From Takakia lepidozioides (lineage: Eukaryota; Plantae; Bryophyta): 64,000 nt of DNA. The notes beneath the pieces are model-generated. The model saw nothing but the letters and a program-made list of their open reading frames with translations, was not told the origin of the DNA and made no database searches. Positions 10,661 to 22,600 of the stretch are shown one piece after another. The position numbers and the translations under genes are program-made. How positions within the stretch are numbered: the stretch's first letter is position 1; the number at the start of each line of letters is the position of its first letter. The DNA lies in the NCBI GenBank assembly GCA_030704615.1, contig CM060734.1:63488001-63552000 (forward strand), read 5' to 3'.

Positions 10661-13225
10661 AGTGTCCTGTTCATCCCACTTGAGAATAGATGTTGTCGCA
10701 CGTTCAGCCATCTCCACATTGCAATGGATTCTGCAAGCACCGAGCAAGGCCCTCCAAACCACAGCATCTGGTTTCATTGGCATTTTGTTAATGAAGTCTT
10801 CTGCCTCATCCAACAGCCCTGCACGGCCAAGAAGATCCACTATGGAGCCAAAATGCTCCACTGCAGGAGTGATGCCATGATCTTGACTCATGGAGTCAAA
10901 GTAGTATTTGCCTTCATCCACTAGGCCGGCATGGCTACATGCAGAGAGAACACTTAGAAAAGTGATACTGTCCAGCTTCAAGCCTTCCACTTGCATTTCT
11001 TCCAAAAGTTGCAGGGCTTCCATATCGTAACCATGCTGGGCATATCCTGCAATCATTGCGTTCCAGGATGCCACATCTCGTTCAGCCATACTGTCGAACA
11101 CTCCCTTTGCATCCTTGATGCACCCACATTTGACATACATGTCCACCAGGGCAGTGTTCAGAATGACGTCTGGTACAATTCCAGCTTTGATAATGTCACC
11201 ATGGACCTCATTGACCTTTTCCAGGGCTGCCAGGCTCGCGCACGCGTTGCAAATGCAAACGAATGTGATTTGGTTGGGCTTCACCCCTTCCCGCATCATT
11301 TGCTCATAAGCCTCCAAAGCCTCCATCCCGCGCCCATGCTGTGCATATCCTGCGATCATCGCGTTCCACGACACCACATTGCGATCAGCCATATGGTCAA
11401 ACACTCCCTTTGCATCCTTGATGCACCCACATTTGGCATACATGTCCACCAGGGTATTGTTCAGAATGACATCTGGTACAATTCCCGCTTTGATGATGTC
11501 ACCATGTACCTCTTTGCCCTTTTCCAGGGCTGCCAGGCTCGCGCACGCATTGCAAACACTAACGAATGTGACCCGGTTGGGCTTCACCCCTTCACGCATC
11601 ATTTGTTCATATGTCTCCAAAGCCTCCATCCCACACCCATGCTGGGCATACCCTGCGATCATCCCGCTCCAGGACACCACATCTCGATTGGCCATATGAT
11701 CAAACACTCCCTTTGCATCCTCGATGCTCCCACATTTGGCATACATGTCCACAAGCGTATTGTTCAGAATGACATCTGGCACAATTCCTGCTTTGATGAT
11801 ATCACCATGGACCTCATTGCCCTTTTCCAGGGCTGCCAGGCTCGCACACGCATTGCAAATGCAAACAAACGTAATGTGGTCGGGCTTCACCCCTTCCATC
11901 ATCATTTGCTCATAGGTCTCCAAAGCCTCCATCCCGCGCCCATGCTGTGCATATCCTGCGATCAGCGTGTTCCACGACACCACATTGCGTTCAGCCATAT
12001 TGTCAAACACTCCCTTGGCATCCTCAATACACCCACATTTAGCATACATGTCCACCAGGGCAGAGTTCAGAATGACATCTGGTACAATTCCAGCTTTAAC
12101 AATGTCACCATGGACCTCTTTGCCCTTTTCCAGGGCTGCGAGGCTCGCGCACACATTGCAAACGCAAATGAAAGTGACCTGGTTGGGCTTCACCCCTTGC
12201 CGCATCATTTGCTCATACGTCTCCACAGCCTCAATCCCACATCTATGCTGGGCATATCCTGCGATCATCGCACTCCAGGACACCAAATTTCGTTCGCCCA
12301 TATTGTCGAACACTCCCTTTGCATCCTCGATGCTCCCGCCTTTGGAATACATGTCCACCAAGGTATTGTTCAGAATGACATCTGGTACAATTCCAGCTTT
12401 GATCATGTCACTGTGGACCTCTTTGCCCTTTTCCAGGGCTGCCAGCCTAGCACACGCATTGCAAACGCAAACGAATGTGACTCGGTTGGGCTTCACCCCT
12501 TCCCGCAACATTTGCTCATATGTCTCCAAAGCATTCCTACCATACCCATGCTTGGTAAATCCTGCCATCATCGCATTCCACGACACCACATCTCGTTTGG
12601 CCATATGTTTGAACACTCCCTTTGCATCCTCGATGCTGCCACATTTGGCATACATGTTCACCAGGGCAGTATTTAGAATGACATCTGGTACAATTCCTGC
12701 TTTGATGATGTCACCATGGACCTCTTTGCCCTTTTCCAGGGCTGCAAGGCTTGCACACGCATGGCTAACGCAAACGAATGTGACCCGGTCCGGCTTCAGA
12801 CCTTTCCGCATCATTTGCTCGTATGTCTCCAAGGCATTCTTACCACACCCATGCTTGTTAAATCCTGCCATCATAATATTCCATGTGATCAAACTGCGTT
12901 CAGGCATTTTGTTGAACACTTGGTGTGCATTCACAATGCTTCCGCACTTAACATACATGTTGACAAGGGTGTTGTGTAGGAAAACGTTTGGCTTAAATCC
13001 GCTTTGGATGATGTGAGCATGCACCCGCTTTCCGGCTTCCAGGCTTTTCATCTTAATGCACTTATGCAAGAGGCAGACATAAGTATCTGAATCTGCTGAA
13101 ATGCCTCCTTCGTTCAAAATTTGTAGAGCCTCTTTCAGTAGCCCTGCCTCACAGAGCATCCTCACATACCCAGAGGTGCCAGAAGAGGAATTGTGGTGCT
13201 TGAAATCCAACCCTCTTGGATGAAT
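10586..13225 (-). CDS. PLS-class pentatricopeptide repeat protein (organellar RNA-editing specificity factor type), main exon; E2/E+ region disrupted, no DYW seen
   Basis: About 24 motifs: 7 P-L-S triplets (35/35/31 aa), then P2-L2-S2, then E1 (DAVVWRALLGACRIH). The ORF-track start is a TTG; the exon actually begins at acceptor TCCAG|ATT CAT CCA AGA (13225). Confidence 0.9.
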   Translation of the reverse strand: MHPRGLDFKHHNSSSGTSGYVRMLCEAGLLKEALQILNEGGISADSDTYVCLLHKCIKMKSLEAGKRVHAHIIQSGFKPNVFLHNTLVNMYVKCGSIVNAHQVFNKMPERSLITWNIMMAGFNKHGCGKNALETYEQMMRKGLKPDRVTFVCVSHACASLAALEKGKEVHGDIIKAGIVPDVILNTALVNMYAKCGSIEDAKGVFKHMAKRDVVSWNAMMAGFTKHGYGRNALETYEQMLREGVKPNRVTFVCVCNACARLAALEKGKEVHSDMIKAGIVPDVILNNTLVDMYSKGGSIEDAKGVFDNMGERNLVSWSAMIAGYAQHRCGIEAVETYEQMMRQGVKPNQVTFICVCNVCASLAALEKGKEVHGDIVKAGIVPDVILNSALVDMYAKCGCIEDAKGVFDNMAERNVVSWNTLIAGYAQHGRGMEALETYEQMMMEGVKPDHITFVCICNACASLAALEKGNEVHGDIIKAGIVPDVILNNTLVDMYAKCGSIEDAKGVFDHMANRDVVSWSGMIAGYAQHGCGMEALETYEQMMREGVKPNRVTFVSVCNACASLAALEKGKEVHGDIIKAGIVPDVILNNTLVDMYAKCGCIKDAKGVFDHMADRNVVSWNAMIAGYAQHGRGMEALEAYEQMMREGVKPNQITFVCICNACASLAALEKVNEVHGDIIKAGIVPDVILNTALVDMYVKCGCIKDAKGVFDSMAERDVASWNAMIAGYAQHGYDMEALQLLEEMQVEGLKLDSITFLSVLSACSHAGLVDEGKYYFDSMSQDHGITPAVEHFGSIVDLLGRAGLLDEAEDFINKMPMKPDAVVWRALLGACRIHCNVEMAERATTSILKWDEQDTATMCCYKTSMPQLAGRMMVQSAKK

Positions 13226-13506
13226 CTGGACCCACAGTCTATCCCTGCTCCTTCAGCTATCCCTGCCTTTGCACAAACCATGTATAGATCCTTGCTTTGC
13301 TGCTAGCAGCTGACAGTGACAGTTCTAGCAAACACCCCAACCTAACACATCGTAGCAAGAACCTATCACACTAGTTCCTATGCTGAATTGCTCCCAAAAC
13401 CCTAAACTAAAGAAGTTGCACTGGGGAGAGAGAGGATGACAATTTCCAACAAAGCTTTTGATTGATCTTGTTGTCTGCTTCTCTATATAATCTAACAGGC
13501 ATTCAC

Positions 13507-15021
13507 CTTTTTGCCTTGATTGCCCCACCATTGACTGGGGTCTGAAAAATATTCCTTCCAAAGCTTCTCTTCTGTTTTGGATACTTCCTGTTGCCACATC
13601 GGCAGTAACATGTCAAAATCACTCCAAACCACCATAGATCCACCCAACTAGGTCACTTGCAGAATTCAACAAGAAAAACTAGGGACGACTCTGATAAGAG
13701 AGCAAAATAGGTCGAAATGTGTTGTAGAAGGTGCCCTCACCACATTGTCCTTGACCATGTGTCATGTAAGCAGCTAGCTTTTCTTTCACCCACGGACGAT
13801 TCAACCAACCATCAACCCAAACGGACCTCTTGTCTGTGCTGCCTGTCTATAGTTGGGTGATCTCGGATTGGTCTGTGAGAACCACCACCATGCAGCTGAG
13901 CAGCCATGGATTTAAACGCGGTCTCCTAAGACCAAGCTGACCCTCCCAAGTACCTTGTAAACACCAAGGAAAAATACCAAATCATGATACCACAGAGCCC
14001 ACACTTTAAGGATAGACAGACGTCTTCACATCGTACATTAAGAAAGCCACACCTTGCAATTGCGGTTGTCCCCTTGTGAAGGGTCTTTAAAGAACTCATG
14101 CGAGGGCTGCTCCATGCTCGAAAATAGACCTTCGTGGCCGAAACTCCAACAACATCAACATTTTGACAAGGTCCTTTAAGGCAACAGTCATGCAAGTCAC
14201 TTTGGACTCCATTGGACTCTACAAAATGAAGTATAAATGAACAAGCGTAGTCTGCAGTCTGGAGATTTTGGAGAGGTCTGAGAAGACGACAAGGGAGCAG
14301 CTTAGCAGCCACAGTCTCAACATCCCAAGTACCTTGCAAACTCAGGGAAAAGACCTTTGCGCATTTCATGCCCTGCTCGGGAAGAACAACCTCTGCTACG
14401 GACAGTAAAAGCAGCCTTTACAGAGGAAAGCGAGATTCCGACCTCACTCAACAACTAGGTCATCCACACAGTAGGATGATGCCAGAGCTCAGTTAAACTC
14501 CCTCAGACTCCTTCACGGCCTATATGAAGAAAACTTACCTTGTCAACGCTACTGTCCCACCATTGTGACGGGTCTTTAAGGAAATCTTGCCAGCGCTGTT
14601 CCATGCTCCAGCGTTGAACTGCACGCCAATCATCAGTCTTGCCTATCGATCCGTGCGCTTTCTTGGTTCTTTGCTCAGAGTACATTCGTTTCTCCTGAAT
14701 TGCGCAAAACACAATTCCGAGCCTGGATCCGATGGCGCAGACATACAACACACCGACCCCAGAAAAGGAAACCGCGAAGTGTTTCGTGATATCGCCTAAC
14801 TTGAATGGCATCCCTGAAGGCGCCATGGCCACCATTGCCAAAAGGGAAGCGGCTTTCAGCTCCCCAGCCCACCCCTTCAATCCGCTGCATGATGCGAGGC
14901 CTCTCGCATGACCGAAGCGAGACGATAGGGCCTTGAGTGTGGAGAGGGCATGTGCGTGCAGGAGACGCGGAAGACGGTGAGTGAGGAAGCTGCAGAAAGG
15001 TATGGTATGGTATGCAAGCAA
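13507..15021 (-). pseudogene. Upstream exons of the PPR locus encoding three OSB-type PDF-like motifs and a transit-peptide-like N-terminus, partly decayed
   Basis: Motifs: WQDFLKDPSQWWDSSVDK|TSPKSPD (donor 14538, acceptor 14277); HEFFKDPSQ-DNRNCK|TNPRSPNY..TDKRSVWVDGWLNRPWV (donor 14052, acceptor 13872, frameshift); LWKEYFSDPSQWWGNQGKK|IHPRGLDFKHH (exon 13587-13507 joined in frame to 13225). Confidence 0.7.
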
Positions 15022-15159
15022 CAGCAGGCGCTCTACGAGTCTACAGCCTACTCTCCCTAAATGTTCCCTTCACATCTGTTAATTGTTAACCTCTTTATAG
15101 TAACCTTGCATAGCTTTATAAAAAGACCCAAGTGGGGTGACTGTACAAATGGGTAGAGG

Positions 15160-15790
15160 GAGAGCCGGTGATGTGGGTATCATCAGCAATAGAAGGAAAC
15201 ATACAAGATTGGAAGGCTTGCGCAGATGAGCGAAGGGCTCGGAAGTGGGCAAAAGCAAAAAGAGGTCCCCCTAATGGATCGCCCTGACACGTTTCTACTT
15301 CTGAATAATAGTAAGATCTCCGGTACGGATGTGATGACTGTAAAACAAAGGGATGGAGGTAGCATAAAACAATCTCACAAAGGGAATGAGTTGATGGCGT
15401 GCGCTACCGGCTAATCGCAGTTCCTGAAATATTGCTGATCTGGACACCGTGTTGAAGGCGTTGGTCACATCCACTTGAAGGACGACCCAGTATGGATGAA
15501 GGTCAAGGGAAGCCCCAATCCCATATACCACCGCTTCACAACCTCCCGGGGTAACGATCCCAAACTGATGTGGAGAGAAGTGAGAAGAAAAGACCTCTCG
15601 AAACTGTATGCAGACAGAGCGGCCCACCAAGCGATACAGAACCTCCCCCACTGCAATAGGACGAATCTCATCTGTGTTCTTAGACATGGCCAAGAGCCAT
15701 GCTACTCCAAGCAAACGTGCTACTGAGGTAGGTATATGTCCCATTGCAATGAAGGAGCAAATGTCTCCTGGTAGCTTGGTCTACCTAACT
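15160..15790 (-). mobile_element. CRE-like non-LTR retrotransposon reverse transcriptase fragment
   Basis: IRPIAVGEVLYRL, QFGIVTPGGCEAVV and VDVTNAFNTVSR, then after a frameshift QGDPLGGPLFA and SIADD. Confidence 0.8.
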
Positions 15791-15839
15791 TCTTGGTTGT
15801 GATATGTATCTTGTGCTTATCTTTGTGCACAGTAAATAA

Positions 15840-17160
15840 TTAGGAATTCCAGTCATGAAATACCCTGGCATGTTTCAGCCATGGTCGTCCTAGTAATAAA
15901 GAATAAGCTTCCATGACATCATCTATCTTAAGTATAGTCACTGTGATTTTAAAAATCATTTTCTGAATCTGTATCTTCACTCCTCTTATCAAATCCAATG
16001 GTTGTACATTTCTTTGGTCTGCCATTGTTACTGTGAATTGGGCTGGTTTCATGCTACTGAGACCTAGCTTCTGTCTTAGCTGGTCAGTCATGATATTCAC
16101 TCCTGATCCTCCATCAATTAGTACATCTGTCAAGATGATACTTCCAATTTTCAATTGAATTACTGGCATGGAATCATCAAAATCCATGACAGTTTCTTTG
16201 CCCTTCTGGCTTCACATTATAACTTGTCACTTTGTTGTTCAGGTCTGTACTTCCTGTTACTTGAGCAATCTGATTGATTGCCTGATGCAGCATGTGCCTA
16301 CAGTGGGGTGCTACAGCCAGCAGTTGCCCAATTGTTATCTTTGCTTTTGACTGGCATATTATTTCAGCCAATGCCCCTAAAGTCAGCATTTAGCACCTGT
16401 GAAGCATCATGCTTCATTGTTTCCTCATCTTCATCTTCTTCTTCAGAGTCTGATGACTCTGCTATAGGGATCTTTGTATCTTTCTACATTTCTCTTATAG
16501 TTTCTGCTACTTCCTTGTGTAGTTCATTCTCTTCCCTCCAGGCCTCATCATCTTCAGGCATATCATGGTCATCATCATTGTCTTCTTCTTCCTCATCCAC
16601 TGGGGGCAATTACTTAGACTTACTTCTGGTAACTATTCTGGTACTTATTTCTAGTACGAAACATGGCGTTACCATGTGAGCTGCCTGGGCCTTCATTTAC
16701 AGGATTTCTCATCTCATTCTAATGTCGCATCCACAATGGACATGTTGCTTTGCGATGTCCTGGTTGGTTACAATAGTAACACAGTTCTTCACCAGTGGGT
16801 CCTCGCCCTTGGTCCATTCTGGGATTATTTCTATAATCGTGATTCCCTTGTTGGTAATTCCCCCTTGGATTACCCTGATAGTTGCCTCTGGGATTGCCTT
16901 GGTAATTCCCTCTTGGATTACCCCTTCCTGCCATGTCTGCATTGTTATATCCACTAGGTCTTCCATAGTTACCATGGTCATTGTTCCTTCTTGGCTGGGG
17001 CCGCACCTGATGCACTCCCACCTACCTATTCTTCCTTGTTGCTGTCTTTCTGTTGTAGTAACAAATAGCACAGTGTTTCTCCTTCTTTTGCATTCAGCTG
17101 TGGTATGGCCTTGAATCCTCTCGACGGCTCTCTCTGCCTCTTTATAACATAGCTTCATCT
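15840..17160 (-). mobile_element. Ty3/gypsy gag-protease remnant
   Basis: Zinc knuckle CYYCNQPGHRKATC preceded by GNPRGNYQ repeats (24-bp unit). Aspartic protease VLIDGGSGVNIM...LLLGRPWL. Frameshifted. Confidence 0.85.
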
Positions 17161-19294
17161 CCTCCCACCTTGCTCTATAGTAGCCTCATCTTTAGTTTGA
17201 AGCCATGAATCATGAAGACAAATTATCTTCAATAGGTGCATGACATATGTGCAAATCATTTTTCCTAAACTTGCCTACATGACCTTCACAATAATAAAAT
17301 TTGTAAGCCTTCACGGCCCCATCGGTGGTCATTTTTTTCACCATCTGCAATCTATTTTTGAGGGCCTCCATCCCCTCTTAATTTTTTTTTTAAAAAAAAA
17401 ATCTAAAGAGCAAGTGTTGCCAGAAAACCTCTTTCCGAAGCCTCCATGACCATGTGTGCAGTACTTTCGACAAGAAATCCTGAACAAAGAAAGAGAGGGA
17501 TACACATGGTTTGATTTTGTACACTGTCAGGCTGCTACAGCCCGTCTTGTGGCTGGAGGTGGCTCTTGTTGACATGACATCTATGTAAGGGACGAAGAGG
17601 TGGACGAGAGCCACAGTTTAGTGTTTTGTTCAATCGATTGTCTGCAACCGACCTTATTAATGTAGAGCAGGAATAGGGTGCCATAGTGCCACATGACGTT
17701 ATCACTATCATTTGTTTTAAAGCTGTCTGGACTGTCCAATTTTTTTAAAAATAAATAAGAAAAATAAGAAAAACATTATCTGTGCCATGTCATCATCGCC
17801 ACATTTTGGAGGCCACATCATCAACGTACACTCTTGAAACTGCCGAGATTGCCCGAAAAGAAACTATAATATTTCTCTTCTATCTACATTAAAAAAAAGA
17901 AACATGGGACAAAGGCCATGGAGAAATTTATTAAATGGAATACGTAAATATTACACCACTTCCAAATATAACTTTGATTTCGTGATAAGCACGTTTCAAT
18001 TTACTAATACTTTACGATAGTACAAATTTATATTGAGAAAAATGAAATGAATATCAACATGATCAATAATACATTCAAAATAATTATTAATGCAAAAAGA
18101 CAAACAATGCATAAAATGGAGAATCTTAGGAACAATGTATGAAATTAATGCATGCGGATGATCTCTACCAAGACGGTAGGCTGGTCTCCGGCAAATTGAA
18201 TCTTCCCCACCGTCTCTTCAGAGTGCATCGAACTCAAGGAGTATAACTTCAATTTGGGTGATAGTGAGTTACAAAGATGGAGTGTAAACTCCAGTCACAG
18301 TTACACGGTGGGGGGTGTAACTCCACTTGGGGTTAAGGTTACATAGCAACAAGTGTAACTTGTGTAAGTTAAACTCATATTTGGTCTCAAAATTTGACTA
18401 AGTCCAAATTTGGCTAACTTGTTTAAAATGGACTAAGAGGAGTTATACAATTAGGAGGGGGGGGGGGGGGGGGGGGGGCATGAATCATAAAAGCCAAGGA
18501 TGACATTACCACCCATTAAAAATCAAACCTTCCACCTCATCGATTCTATTACCATCAGTTTATCAATAGGCTATTTCATCATTGTCTAACAATCTCTTGC
18601 ATTCTAAAGTAATTAATAATAGTGAATCCGTAGTAGATCAAAGTGGGGAAGATTTGACAAGGATATGCCAAAAGAGCTCCGCGGCCCAAATCTGTCAAAA
18701 GTACCATAAGATCATATGATTACATTATATTTTTACATTGTTCCTAATGTTTTCTTGCATAAAATATATGTCGAATAAAAAAGAACATTGTTCTCAAAAG
18801 TCGTTACTAGTAGTGCAAAGTAGGGCACCGCACCCCTAGTCATGTTGCAAGGATAGTGGATAACCAAGTTTTCGTCTGGTGGTATGGGCACACACCACCT
18901 TGGAAAGTGGTTGTGGGTTCATTCCACAGAATGGTACAGTTACATATAAGTGTCTACCTTTCACCTAAAGGCACTAGCCCTTCCAGGTCAACAGATGCTA
19001 TAATTCACGCTTCTTCTAGACGCATCATACTTTAAGGACAATGGACTTGGTTACTAGGTGGTTATCTTTGTAAGCCTCATAGCCCAAAGTGGTTTTTTTC
19101 ACTTCTTTTAAACGCATTTTCTCTTTCCACAAAAAACTCGGGGATAAGTAAGTCCCCCCTTTGTAAGCCTCCACGGCCCCAACAGTGGTTATTTTTCCCA
19201 CCCCCTGCAATGCAATCTTGGTGTCCATCCCCATTCCTAAAATAAAACTAAAACCAATTTATTTTTTTCCATGAATTTATTAATATATCCAATC

Positions 19295-19606
19295 ATTGTT
19301 CCAGGAAAGCCCACTTTGCTATTTTTCCATCGACCAAAAGTACTTGAAATTCCATATCTCCAACCATGGTCCAAAATTATGAGACCGAGTCGGTCCACCC
19401 CTCCTCATCGAGGGCTTTCCAAGTTCCAACGGTATGAAGGACCAAGGCTGGGCCCCGCAATTTGGGAGATCTCAACGCTACAAAATAAAACTTTTAAAGA
19501 AAACAAAACAAAACAAAGAAAACAAACAAACAAACTACCTTGTTTCATCCTGCGGGCCACACTAGGGTAGCATGTGCCGTTGGCCCAAGTGTCCAGTGTC
19601 ATCTAA
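19295..19606 (+). repeat. Dispersed copy of the repeat unit that forms the 31.6-37.1 kb array, interrupted by the Harbinger element and resumed at 22808-23081
   Basis: Shares AAAGTACTTGAAATTCCA, GAGGGCTTTCCAA, the (CAAAA)n tract and CTAGGGTAGCATGTGCCGTTGGCCCAAGTGTCCAGTGTCATCTAAG with the array. Confidence 0.85.
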
Positions 19607-22600
19607 GAAGAGTGACACACGGGCGGCAATCGAGATGAATGGGAGACGACCATTGGCTGAGGGGAAACCGCACACTAACACACGGGAGGAAGCACGTTCT
19701 ACCGGAAGCTGATGTGTCTACTGCTGATGTGTCTACTGACGTGGACGGTTTTGGAAACCGCAAGACTTCCAGGCACTTCCGGCTGGAAGAGTCGCGCGTC
19801 TCTGAAAGATTTTGGCTTGACGTGAAATGCAGGGCCCACCATCGTCTTCCTTCTTCCCGAACTTCTTCACGCAGCTCTTTACTACGGGTCACTACGGAAA
19901 TGTGTGCGTTTTTACGATAGGGTTTAGGACCTCATGGAACCCACAGAGCAGGTACCTGTCATAGACTTGGAAGAAGGGAATGGCCATGCAACGTGCGATT
20001 TCAAATATGTACACACTAGGTTCATTTTCACAATTGTTGGGTGAATACCCTCACCCAAATCCTCCACAAAGTTCTATTCAAACATGGGACCCAGTTGGGC
20101 ACAAACACCACCTCCTGTTTCTTCAATTACGTCTGGTACTGCAAAGAGAACGGCGCGTAGCGTCAAAAAGGAGGCCGATGGGTCTGTTGCTCCAGCACCT
20201 AAGAAAAAAAGTGTGTAATTTTATTTATTTTTGATCTCCCGGAGAACGAGTTGGAAGAAATACGGGGCAGACCTTGGAAGGGTGATCCACCTCATCACTT
20301 TGCGAGGAGAAATGCAAGATGTGTTTTCATCATCACCTAAACAAGGTATGTATTCTCTTCAGTGTCACTGGCAAAACCTATGCATACAAATTTATCTACA
20401 GTTTTTCATATTTCCACACGACAGTCTGGTATAGCTCGTAACAAACTGAATTCCTAACACTGAGGCATTAGCAGACATTAGTCGCTCATCCCTATAACCA
20501 TTCTGCAAAACCTATTTGTCATTCATGAATGATTTGTCATGATTCCCCATGGTTTATTTGGTGTGCAGGTGTGGATAATTGGCCACGTCTGCACACGAAG
20601 TTGGTTGCAGTGTTTCTCGAGTTTGCAAAGGACAGTGAAGCATGTCGAAAAAAGTGGCAGGCTATTTACAAAGACTACAAGGAGGATTAGGCTCTCAATG
20701 GAATTTATGGAAATGACTCTCATTTTCCTACCGCTTTCACGGACCTCGTTCAAACACTCAAGTAGGAGCTGGTCCTCTTTTTTCTTCTTCTCAGAACTTC
20801 TCTCAGACAATTTATCATAATTGACTTTGTTACTATCTTCCATCTTCACTGTTACCTCACCAAATACCACAATGGCATTCAAACCCTCTGGCTCATGAGC
20901 ACATCCGTGTACATGAGTAACGACATTGGCTCAATCATGCATATACTGATCTACCCAATCGAACCATTTGCACTACCGAGGATGCGAAACTATAATTATT
21001 TAGAGATATGCACGGTACTATGGCTAAACTAGCAGAAAACCTGTGATAGCAAATGGCTCAAACAATTTCACTCATGTTGTTCTATCAATTTCCTCTTCTT
21101 GGCATTGAACAATGATTTTGCAATACTATTCCTCCTCTCACTTGAAATCTGTCGTTCGCGGATCTCTCAATCGCTCCACATAATCTGCCACATTTCTATG
21201 AACTCCTTGAAGATCATCCAAAATGGTCGAAGCTATTGCATCCCTCTCCTTTGTGGTTTGTCGTAGTAGGGTTCGATTTTGTAGGGAGTCACGCACTTCC
21301 TCTTCAACCTCCGTAATCCATTGTTATTCAAAAGAGTCTTCATGTAATGTACATATGTTGTGCAGAATTATGCATGCTGTTACAAAGTCATGGACATGCT
21401 GGAGTGAGATATCCATTCTTTTCATTGATAAATGGCCACCACGCTTTCAATAAACCAAAGCTTCTTTCCACACACATACGGGTTGAGCTTTGTACATAGT
21501 TCCAAAAGGATTCCTCTTGGGTAAGCCCATCATTATGTCCTTTGCAGGATGAAAACATCCAAGGACGAGCTGGATAAGCTGCATCCCCTACCAATGCATA
21601 AGGCGTGTGGTGTGGCTTGACATTAGCAATCTCTTTCAATCTTTCAGCATGGAAAAGCAAAAAAAAAAACTCTTATCCACACTAGCTTTGCAGATGTCTT
21701 TGTTTATGCTCCTGGAGGCTTTATCAACCTCTCATATTTTCATCCTCTACCATCACAACCTTGTGATAATTTCTCTGCTTGTTCTTCTCTGCAAAGTGCG
21801 TCAGTCAAAATCTAGGCCTAAATCTTTTTGGGCTCGAGAGCGTATACAAAGATACTTACATTCAACTTTGTTGGGGTCTTACAATTAGAGAGAATTTAAG
21901 GCCTGGATGATAATGTCAAGGGGAACATTTGATTTTATTTGTTCGGAAGTTGTTCTTTATTTGAAGCATCTAGATACTAACATGCAAGCTTCTGTTCCAC
22001 TTGAAACTAGAGTAGCACTTGCCATTTCACGCTTAGCTACTGGAAATGGAATGCAAATGATCGCTGATCTATATGGTGTGGGAGTATCAACTTCTCAGAA
22101 GATATGTGTAGATTTTGTGCATGCTATGAAACAATCTTTAAGAAAAAAATTATGTGAAGTGGGCCTTCCACTTCGGCTATGGAGAAAATAACTAATGATT
22201 TTGAGAGATTATATGGTATACCTTTTGTAGTAGGCGCCATCGATGGATCACATATACCAATTATTGCTCCTCGATTGCACGCAGCTGATTATTACAATAG
22301 AAAAGGATTTCATGCTAACGTGTTGCTACAGGTTGTTACTAACAAATGTGTGTTTTGGGATTACGATATTGGTTGGGCAGGTAGCATGCACGATGCAAAT
22401 CTCTGGTCCCGTTCGGCCATAGGGCAATTTTGTGAAGCATTGATGAATACTAGCTTCTGCGAAAGTTTCTGCAAGCACTATTTACAGATCGAGTCATCGT
22501 TCAGTAGTCGAAATATGCTTGGGCCCTACGGGATGAAGCGGTGAAGCAAAGCTCGAAGAAGGCGATTCCTCTTCTCAGCCTGACATAGTTTTCCGCCATC

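Noticed and set aside
10601-13016. Long plus-strand ORFs (561 aa, 349 aa and others)
   Set aside because: Antisense shadows of the repetitive PPR frame, with no independent protein signature.
17300-19225. Two diverged ~70-bp direct repeats (~17300 and ~19160) as LTRs
   Set aside because: Too short and diverged, no TG..CA ends, and no coding remnant between them.
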